Source: the human T2T-CHM13v2.0 reference genome, Homo sapiens
Length of the DNA stretch: 64,000 nucleotides
Direction: 5' to 3' (one strand)
NCBI RefSeq assembly: GCF_009914755.1
Contig: NC_060947.1
Part shown: one piece after another, positions 16,641-27,654 of the stretch
Numbering within the stretch: the stretch's first letter is position 1
Layout of the letters: the number at the start of each line of letters is the position of its first letter
Program-made: the position numbers and the translations under genes
Notes under the pieces: generated by a model
Seen by the model: the letters and a program-made list of their open reading frames with translations, nothing else
What the model was told of the DNA's origin: nothing
Databases searched by the model: none

Positions 16641-17077
16641 GTATTAAAAAACAAAAAAAACCAAACCAAAACAACAACAACAACAACAAAACAAAAAAAC
16701 TATCTGTTCAAGAGCCTAATTGGAATCTAGCAGCCATTTATGCCTTTAAATCATGAGGTCATGAAGAACTCTATTTTGTAATGTTATATATTTTTTACAT
16801 TTTTCTTTTTTAGGTAAGTGGGATGTGATTTATCAGGTTACAGTATTTTTTCACCTTATATTTCATAGCAAATCCTACAAAAACTGATGGTCACAAATAA
16901 AGATGCAACACAAGCAGGGAAGAATAATCACTGAATTATAAACACATTCCATTTTGTAGCAGGCATACAGGATCAACCCTTACCCTTAAATAGTGTGAGC
17001 TACAATCAGGCCATGAATTTCAAAATAAACAACAATTACTACTCTCATCTTTGATGACTACCCTTCCTTTCATCTCA

Positions 17078-17421
<344 letters not shown>

Positions 17422-17430
17422 GTAGAGTCT

Positions 17431-17648
17431 AGCCTGGGCAATATAGTGAGACTTTGTCTCTACCAAAAAAATTTACAAAATTAGCCAGGTGTGGTGGTTG
17501 GTGCGAGCCTGTAGTCCCAGCTACTCAGGAAGCTGAGATGTGAGGATCGCTTGAGCCCAGGAGGTCGAGGCTACAGTGAGCCATGATCATGCCACTGTAC
17601 TCCAGCCTGGGCAGCAGAGCAAGACCCTGTCTCAAAAGAAAAAAAAAA
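17431..17648 (+). mobile_element. AluJ-like, 5'-truncated
   Basis: Starts mid left arm. ttgagcccaggaggtcgaggct J-type motif, poly-A tail. Confidence 0.9.
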
Positions 17649-18508
17649 GTAGTGTCTCCCTTTGGTCCCTTCAGTATAACAACCACATACCGAAACACTT
17701 ACTATGTATCAAGCACAGTGTTGAGAACACTTTTCATTCTTTCTTTTTCTATTTCCAGTGGTATCATCAAGGTATAAGCCTTCATTACCTTTCAGCTAGA
17801 AAACTGAAACTAGATTGGTTACTCATAATATCCCTTTCTGCCTGCGTCCACTCCAATTCATCTTTTTGACAAATTCATTTTCTGAAATTATACAGCTCCA
17901 GTCATATGACCAGGCTGTTAAAAAACTCCAAGTTTTCTCAAATTAAATGCACTGCTTCACCTTGGCATTCGAGGTCCTCTACAATATGGCCTCAACCTAC
18001 TTTTGTGATATTATCTCCCAACATTCTCTTACACATAGCCTTTTGTCAACCCAGGTTATTTCTTATTCCCTAAACTTTTTGTTTTTAAAATCAAAGTAAT
18101 ACATGCACATTGGTAATAAACAGTGGCAGAATAGCTTATGGTGAAAAGCAAGTCTCTTCTCACCCTCACGCCTAGACTTGAAAAAAAATTAGTTCTGCAT
18201 CTACTTTGATAATTTCTTAATTTATTAACCTTAAGACAATGTCTACTGACTTAAGAAAGGTGAGGGACTTACTTACATTATGCCCCTTCACTTCATCATC
18301 TTCCTCTCTATTGTTTGGTAATTATATTACCTTTACATACACTTCTTATCTTTTCTCTGCTTTGGACAGAATCCTAACTCTTCCCTTTGCAAAAGGAGGC
18401 TAATAGTGCCCATATATTCTTCCTCTTAAACTTCTTCCCATTTGCTGCTAGCTGTATGTAATTTTATTAATATTAAAGCTATTAATTTTAAGAAAATTAA
18501 CATTTCCT

Positions 18509-18637
18509 GAGTTAATGGGCGCAGCACACCAACATGGCACATGTATACATATGTAACAAACCTGCACATTGTGCACACGTACCCTGAAACTTAAAGTATA
18601 ATAATAGAATAAAATAAAATAAAATAAAGAAAAAAAA
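18509..18637 (+). mobile_element. Young L1PA 3' end, extremely 5'-truncated (~100 nt + A-tail)
   Basis: gcagcacaccaacatggcacatgtatacatatgtaacaaacctgcac...cttaaagtataataa. Perfect 19-bp TSD aagaaaattaacatttcct at 18490-18508 and 18638-18656. Confidence 0.95.
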
Positions 18638-19229
18638 AAGAAAATTAACATTTCCTCCTGCAGCCACAACCAAATCCTTCATGCTCTCTCTATAGCCTGA
18701 TTCTAAAGTTGAAAGCCTATAGACAACAGCATCCACATTATCATGACAATATATGGTTCAAATGAAGGCTAGGTAATATACTAAATTTCCTTTTATATGG
18801 GCCCATAACAACGACTCCCAGGCCAATCTGAGGGGACTTAAAAAAAAAACAAAACTTCATTAAATGTTTAAATTCATGATAAATTTTACTTTGATTCCCA
18901 TTTGGATCATGAATTTATCATGCACTTTTCTATTTTTTCCTATTTTTAACAGCCTTCCACCATTCTTGGGGAAAGGGAAAAGTAATTTGACCACTATTCT
19001 TAATGTTTTCTTAGCCCTTAGCAATATTTTCCTTTCTTCTGAGAGCTCCTTTCTATCCTGGAGACCTCTCTTACCCTCCCATCGGGATTGGTGGTTCTGT
19101 AGGCCCGCTGCACAGCTATCATCTTGGGATAGGTCTTCAGTGATTTTCTGGTTGAATTCACTGTTTTCAGTTTTCTATGTCTCTTTCTTAGATTACCCCC
19201 TTGTAACTTCCAAAGAAAGGTGATGTGGA

Positions 19230-20000
<771 letters not shown>

Positions 20001-20107
20001 CTGTCTCTACTTTCTAAGAGACTTTCTTGACTTTATCTTCCCACTTTCATACTAAATTTTTTATCCTGGCAAATCTTAAAGTACATTTTCAAGTGTTCCT
20101 TTTCTTA

Positions 20108-20134
20108 GTGTGTGTGTGTGTGTGTGTATGTGTG
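20108..20134. repeat. (TG)n microsatellite
   Basis: Directly visible TG run with one interruption. Confidence 0.95.
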
Positions 20135-21254
20135 TTTTAAAAAGCATCTTCCTCCACTCCCTACTCTCTTCCCCCCAAAACAGATGCAATCATTTCAAAC
20201 CTCTTTAGGGATACAAACAGGGATTTATAAAATATTTTTCTAAATCAGGACTCAGAGAGTACGGAAAATACTCTTGAGGGTAGAGAGAAAAGATCAATTC
20301 CTGTGGCAAGTTTGACATTGGCTCAAGTTTCAAAAACCTGCCACTGTTTTATCCTGAACACGCTTTTCTGTTCCTTCTAAGTTTAAATTTCATAAGACTT
20401 AAATTTCTACTAATCACACCAGCAAACTATTTTCTATCTACTTTATATATATGGAAAATTACAGTAGTATAATAGGCAAAATATCCTGGGTTGAGATCTC
20501 AATGCCCAGATTGTACTTAATGTCACCAGGTCATGGGACCATGACTATTTTAGAAATGAATCTAAGGTTCAACCAGGACATAATACTAATGCTTGGGCAA
20601 TCTTGGACAACAGGTAGGAAAGCAACAATGTACTTTTCTAGCTCATACTTGGAATCTAATGAGATGGATGCAGAAAGGAATATCAGATTTCCAAGGGCAG
20701 TGATAAGCCAAGAACAGACTGACATGTGCATGTGACAAACATATCTTATGTCACTAAATCACCTGTTACTGAAATAAATCTGTCACATGAAAACATAAAA
20801 TTATAGTTTGACTTGACATTTTGTAAAACTGTATTTTTGCCTATAAGTACATGGTAAAGCAGCTATATTAATAGTTTTATGGAAAAATATTATGTTAATA
20901 AACTGGAACACAGATATAAATTATATACATTCTAATTATTCTGTGAGGCTCACATATTTTTACATTCTCTGGCACAACTGTTTTTTAAATGATAAATGGA
21001 TATCTGTCCATTCATTACCACAAAAAACTTACTTTGTGCATTTAAAAACAGTAATAATAAATTCCATGCTATTATTTTTACAAAGACTGTTGATTTGATA
21101 AGCAAAAGTCTGACTGTGGGCAAAATTTTCAGGATGGCAGCAGATCTACATCACGTCTTCTTTCATTCTTCCTACATTTCCACCCCTTTCAGACATTTGC
21201 CACCTCCCTCAGCCTAGGTGTTCAATACCCTTAAGCTATGTACGGGAATTCACT

Positions 21255-21700
21255 AATTCATTCATCCATCCATTTAAACATTTATTTTTGAGTACCTGAT
21301 ACATGCTAGGTACTCTTCTAGGCGCTGGGATATACAATAAGTCAAATGGACCAAAAACTTTGCCGTTTTGACAACAGACCAAATAATAATAATAGGTAAA
21401 TAAAGGTTAGAACATGATAAATACTATGAAGAAAAGATATTGAGTTGAGTAAAGAGATGAGAATAGCAGATATGGAAAGGGGGGGGTTGTAATTTTCAAT
21501 AAAGAAGTCAGGGCAGGCTTTATTAAGAAGATGCTATTTGAGAAAGACCTGAGGGAGGTGAGAAAGTCAAGCACCTGGGGGAAAAGCATTCCTGGGAGAG
21601 GGACAAGCCAGTACAAAGGCCACAGCAGGAGCACACCTGGACACTAGAGTTTAAATCAGAGAGTATGAAAGAGAGGTAGAGAAGAATGAGGTCAAGAGAG
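21255..21700 (-). mobile_element. L2 fragment
   Basis: ttcattcatccatcc...tttattttgagtacct...ctaggtact antisense L2 3' end. Confidence 0.6.
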
Positions 21701-23694
21701 AACTAAAATTCAGGCGGCTCTCCTGCTTTTGCTTTTTCCTGAATGCCTGGTCCCAGTGAAAATGTTTCTGATCTATGACATACTCTGTTAGGACCATTCC
21801 TTTTTGTTGGAAGGCCATTCAAATTATGGGCCAGGTATTGTACTAGGTGTTAGAGATACTAAGACAATTTACCTGGATCTCAAAGATTTATTATTAGATA
21901 AATATCTGTTGAGATATGACCCCTGATGGATAAAACAAAGTCAGTTCAGTTGAAACATATACTTTTACAATTCTGTAAAGAGTGTCATTTTGGACATCAT
22001 GGAAAAATGAAGAGAAAATTTATGGGCAGGTGGATCTTTTGGTGTCCCTCAGTCACACAAAAAGCCACCCAGTTTATTTCCCAGGACCAACAAAACGTCC
22101 TTAGGTTTATACCTCAATGGTCTTTAAGGTCCACTCTTTAGTGGGGAAAAAATAATCTAATGTTTCCTTTTCAAGTTGTGAGAGAAAAATATCATTTTGA
22201 TCTTAAAATGTAAAAAGGATTAAAGAAAAGAAACTGAAATTAATATTGTCTATTTGAATTATCGAAAACCTAATATTGTAACATGCTAACTAAGAAAACA
22301 AACTGAGAGATATTAACTGATTTCAAAGAATGATTCAACATTTGGCATTATGCCCTGCCTTGTATACATAATTTCCTTTTTCCTCCCCTCCCCTGAGTCA
22401 GGAAGTGTGTTCTTGAGGCATTTGTATTTTCTAAATTGTTTTGAATGCCAGAAAATATTACTGAAGCTTGAAGTAAAATATTTAAATGTTCCTTGGTAAA
22501 AGTCAATAAGTACTTTCTAACTATGGATGTGTAACCATTTTTTGTTGTACCATAAAAAAGACCTTACAAATGAAAAATGCATACTTTATTTGCCCCTTAA
22601 ATGTCATTCTAAATTAAACTATCACCCTTTATATAGATACCTATAGTTCTATAACATGTAGTTTTATTTTAAAAAGATATGTTAACCTCTTTGTAGATGA
22701 TCAAGATACATAAAAATTATTTTGCTGTGACACAAAATTAGGCTGGTTATTCAAGCCATGGTGTGAAACTATGTATTAATATATTCTAGATTACAATCTG
22801 ACTGAATTCAATTTACTTCATTTGCTGATGGAATGATAAATAAGCTCAACATTTTTCATTTAACCAAATTCTTTAAGAGAGCTTTAAGCTCTTATAAGTC
22901 AGCTCCTTTTATCTATGTTTGAGAAAACAGCAAGCTGGTTCTCCAGATTAACATTTCTAATCACCGCCACAAAGAGCAGAGTTTTCTCCCAATCTGGAAT
23001 CCCGATCAGCAAATTTAATTCTCTTTAAAGAGCTGCTGGATAGCACAATTCTCATGGCAAAATATCAAGTTGATTTTGGCAGGATTGTAGATTAAATATA
23101 TTGCAAATTAACATCCACTAAGCCCATTTTAACAGAATAATTCTTTGAAAATTGTTCCTACTCTAAGTCAGATAAAATTACTTGCTTAAAGTTACTTAAA
23201 TATGGAGTTGCTTAAAAACTTCCAAGTTTTTACAGGAACCAATTTCCACCAAAATGTGATTTTAAGTTATTGACTGCTTAAAATAACATACTCTCCTACC
23301 CACTAAAGTTGTTTTCATTATAGTAATCTCCTAAATATTAGCAATTTTGCAATTCTGTTTATGCCTGGTTTAATTTTGAGAGTTACAGTCATTTGTTTTA
23401 CTATACAAAATTACAAACACTAGCAAGATAAAAATTACTCTAGCACTAAAAAAAACAAAAACAAAAAAACAACGTAAAAGTCAGTTGACAAAATATACAG
23501 AGTTGAAATGTATAATACACATAACTGGCTTTTAGTAAACAGAGCTATTATCCTTTAAAAGTTCTATCAAAACAGGTTTTGAATTTTGAAAAGCTGCTTT
23601 AAAGAACATATAAAACGAAATAACTAATTACTGTAATTATAGTTAGCTCCAACTAAAACATTTTATTCTATAAAAGAAGCTGAACAGAGCTTAC

Positions 23695-23733
23695 CTGTAT
23701 AGAGCGAACACGAAAAGACAAAAATTTAAACAT
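23695..23733 (-). CDS. RPS6KA3: Candidate alternative first coding exon of RSK2 (MFKFLSFRVRSIQ) splicing to exon 3
   Basis: gccATG followed by 13 codons ending exactly at a strong phase-0 donor CAG|gtaagc, in frame with exon 3. Several CpGs are retained in AT-rich surroundings. Confidence 0.7.
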
Positions 23734-23769
23734 GGCTACGAAACCATGATGGTGATAAAAGAATTTCTG

Positions 23770-24150
23770 ACGGTAAAACTTAAGTTAGAAAGGGAAGGCC
23801 AAGCCCCTGCAAAGTTTTCTCCTACCAGCTGTTCCGGCAATTAGAAAATTTCCTGTCAGGCGGGTCCTGAAAATGCTAGAAAAAGAGGCCGGACAATTTT
23901 CCTGTGGTAAAAGAAAGAAGAAACCTGCCGGCAGGGGCACTAATGTAGCTGGATAGGTAGGGAGGCCAGAATAGGAAACCAAAACAGATTTGCTGATAGC
24001 CAAATCCTGTTGAAATATTCTTTTCTCCTAGTTCCCAGCAATCCGGACAATTTTCACAACCAGTGAAACAAACGTTATTATTTTAGAATCCTGAGAAATG
24101 CCAGAATTTCTTAACTATATGACCCTTTAAAACAACTGAAACTAGTTGCC
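23770..24150 (-). promoter_or_regulatory. Candidate internal promoter or 5'UTR for the alternative exon
   Basis: Sits directly upstream (minus strand) of the candidate exon. Four intact CCGG sites, a GGCGGG GC-box-like motif and degenerate direct repeats. Function is inferred. Confidence 0.4.
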
Positions 24151-26414
24151 ACTACTAAAAGTTGCTAAACTGATGCACAAGTGGAATTTGACCCTTTGCA
24201 GTGTGTTTATACACACACTCAAGCCGTGGTCTCAAGATAATTTTAAGGTTATACACAGGCATGTCATGGGTGTTCCCTGTCAATGAGGAAGAGTTTCATA
24301 ACTATAGGTAGAAAATGAAGACCACAGGCAAGAAACTTTTAAAATTGTGATGTAAGGACAAATGCTACCTGTCTTAAATGAAAGTAAATTACTTTTGAAT
24401 TTATGTTAGTCATAAGCATTAATTATCAACCAGGTTAAAGACTTAAAGGCCCATAGTTAAAAACTCACATTCCTAGTTGATAAAATATAAGTTAAAAAAA
24501 AGAAGTCCAATCCTTGGGTTATTAGCAAAATGAAACACTTAAGAAGCCATGTTGGAAAAGAAGGAGGGGTCAAGCTACCATATAATCCCTTACTCCATTT
24601 CATTTCATCCTCTAATACGTTATAGAAGTTTTTCTAAGGTATTTTTACTTTGGAAAATGACAGGTATGCCAATATTCAGAACATAATCACTGTAATAGTG
24701 GTATTTAAAACAACCGAAGGACAACAGCTTCAAGAGTTGTGGGATAATGCTCTGCTTAATGAACATTTAATCTATGTGGAACCAACAAAAACCTCAAGTG
24801 TTAATCTGCACAGCCTGTAAGAATTTAATAAAAGCACGGAATTTTCAAAATCTAAAGACACTCTAGAAAATACCAAGAATAATCAGCTCACTTTCTGGAT
24901 GAAGAAACTGTGGTCAAGGTAGGCCCATATTTGGTGATAGAGCTATCTATAATGGGAGTTCAGTTTAGTACCCATTTATTGAGCAAACATTAGAGAGACC
25001 ATTTTGTGCTACAGATTCTACATGAAAAGCCAGGGCTCTTCCTCCTCTATCAAATTTTTATGAAAATGTTCTATAAATGACCTAATGGAAGTTGAAGAGT
25101 AACTAAAAAAAAAACCTTGCTCAATTTAAAAAATTATCTTATACAATCAAATACATTAGCAGCAACAGGGACCCAAATAAATATCTAAGATAGAACTTTG
25201 AATTCCGCCCGGAAAACTGTGCACTCCTCTTGTTTAAAAACGCATGCTTCAGTTTTTCAGCAAGGCAGACACTTAGGAACTCTCCCATCTCCCAAAAGGA
25301 ATTACTTAAGACTCCTTACAATGGAGCTCCAAAAGGGCAGCAAGGCTAGGACAACCGCCTAACACAGAATGGCAGTCTGAACATGAGGTGGCTCTTGAGA
25401 CTATGTCAGGAAAAAGCATCATCTTTACTGCACAACTCATGAAGTAGGATATCTCTGTTAAGTAGCAGTCATTGACTTTATTCAAGTAATATTTTTAAAC
25501 ATGAGCAACCAAATACCCTTTTTTAAACTTAAAGGATTAGTGAAAATTGGCTTTAATTACTACCAGTGCTCAGGTTAATAATTCACATTTTGCGTGTGTT
25601 ATGGTTTTTAATAATCAGCACTAAAATGAAGCAATATTTCAGACACCAAAATCTGAAATAAGTCTCCAAGTTGAAATGATACCTTAATTAAAACAGTGTG
25701 GTACTGCTGTAAAACACAAATAGAGTGACTGAAAAGAATGTGGCACTGTACATCAGAGGGAGATGTTAGGATATATGGCTACCTGTTTGGAGAATGCAGA
25801 CACCATAAGGGAAAGTATTAATACAGATTTGATTATAAAATTTTAAAAGGTCTTTACATCAAAAGGCACCAAAGTTAAAAGACTAGCTCATGTGATTGGA
25901 ATTCCTTATAATCACATTACAACTCATCAATGAGCAATTGCTTTATTCAGGTGTTATCTATCTCCTAACCAGAATGTGAGCTCTTGAAGTCCTTTGGTAC
26001 ATCTCTTATGGTATTTATTACTGTTTAAGCACATCCCATTGCCAGATTAATCTTGAGATTAATACCAAATATCACACATAAGACCTCAAATAAATGGCTG
26101 CCTTAATAAATATCATATGCTGAAATCTGAAATGGATGCTACTTGTGTGGTTGTGCACATGAAACTAGATACTGTTCTTTTTTTCCATCTCTAAAATTTC
26201 TTAAACTTTATCTCACTAAAGTTTTGTTTTAAACATTTTATTGATTTAATCATTTACCTTATTATTTAAAAAGTAACTACTATTATAAAAATAATGGATG
26301 CCCATTGTAGAAAACTTAGATAATAAACAAAAAGGGAAAAAATTTAAAAAAATCACTATTTTGGTGATTTTCTTTCCAGTCTTTTCTATGCACATATATG
26401 GACCATACTACACA

Positions 26415-26590
26415 TAGTATCACTTTTTCTGTAAAGGGACAGATAGTAAATATTTTCAGCTTTGCAGGACATACGGTTTCTGTCAACTCTGCCAGTGCAG
26501 TGAGAAAACGAATGGGTAAGGCTGCGTTCCAATAAAACATCTTTTACAGAAACAGGTGACAGGCCCATGAGTGTAGTTTGCTGACCCCTG
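26415..26590. mobile_element. MER58A-like hAT-Charlie element
   Basis: tttctgtaaagggacagatagtaaatattttcagctttgcagg ... gtttgctgacccctg. Confidence 0.85.
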
Positions 26591-26842
26591 TTCTCTAATC
26601 TTCAATGCATTATTAAGAACTGTTGAAAATTCTATTATACAAATCTCCTATTGTTGGGTCTTTGCTCTACACGATGGTCTGTCCCATCCTTTGTACACAT
26701 TCACATTTAGAAATAATTTCTAGAAGTAGAACTGTACATTCAAGAGTATGCAGCATTAAGGTTTTGGATCCTAACTTATTTGGCACGTTGTCCTCCAGGA
26801 AGAACCTGAATAATAAGGAAGGAACCACATCAAGACCTTGGG

Positions 26843-27046
26843 CAGGGGTAAACTACAGCCAGGCCTGGCCAGCCTAAGGGCCAAATCTGCCCATGTCCAT
26901 CTCTGTTTAAATATTATCTTCAACTGTGTTTGCCCACAATGGCTACCGCCGAGTTGAGTATTTGCAAGAGAGATCATATGGCCTACAAAGTCTAAGATAT
27001 TTATTTACTATCTGGCCCGTTATAGACAAAGTTTGCTGACTCATGG
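26843..27046. mobile_element. MER58-like hAT-Charlie element
   Basis: caggggtaaactacagcc...gggccaaatctg ... aaagtttgctgac. Confidence 0.7.
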
Positions 27047-27537
27047 GGTAGAGTCCTCAAACAGAATGAACAGCAAATGCCAAAGCACAGAGATAGGAAT
27101 TAGCTTAATGAATTCAAGACACAAAGGAAAGGCCACAGTGGCTAAAATGCAATGAACATCAAGGAAAGAGGAAGGAAATGAAGAGGTTTAGGGCCATATT
27201 AAGTGAGGCCTTAGACCCAAGAAATTTGGGTTTGGATTTTATTTCAAGTGTAATGGGAAGCTAATCTTGCTCATTTTAGGCAATGACATTATTACCTATC
27301 TCAAAAACCTATGAGTCCTTTCTGGTCTTTCCTTTCTTATCTAATTTCCTTCCTTTCATATTTAACCCCTCAATAAATTCTACTAATTTTATCTCAAAAA
27401 TAAACCTAAAATCTGTCTATTTCTATTTCCTCTGCCATTCCCAGTACAAACTATCATCTATTGCCATAAGACTGGTTTCTCTGCTTCTAAATTTTCCCTG
27501 TGAAATCCTTTATCTTCACAGCAGCCAGAATAATCTT

Positions 27538-27654
27538 TTTTTTGTCAGAAATTTTTATTTATTTAAAGAAATAACATTGGTTATTGACTAGACATATATC
27601 ATTATGGTTTAGGGTATGAGATATAGTGTCCAATGCGGTATCATTAGTTTAATA
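27538..27654 (-). mobile_element. 117-nt polyadenylated retro-insertion with 20-bp TSD
   Basis: TSD acagcagccagaataatctt at 27518-27537 and 27655-27674. The minus-strand insert ends AATAAA...TTTCTGAC(A)n. Confidence 0.85.

Noticed and set aside
23785-24003. 72-aa minus-strand ORF upstream of the alternative exon
   Set aside because: It starts at a non-ATG codon and ends in TAA before the exon, so it cannot extend the RSK2 frame.
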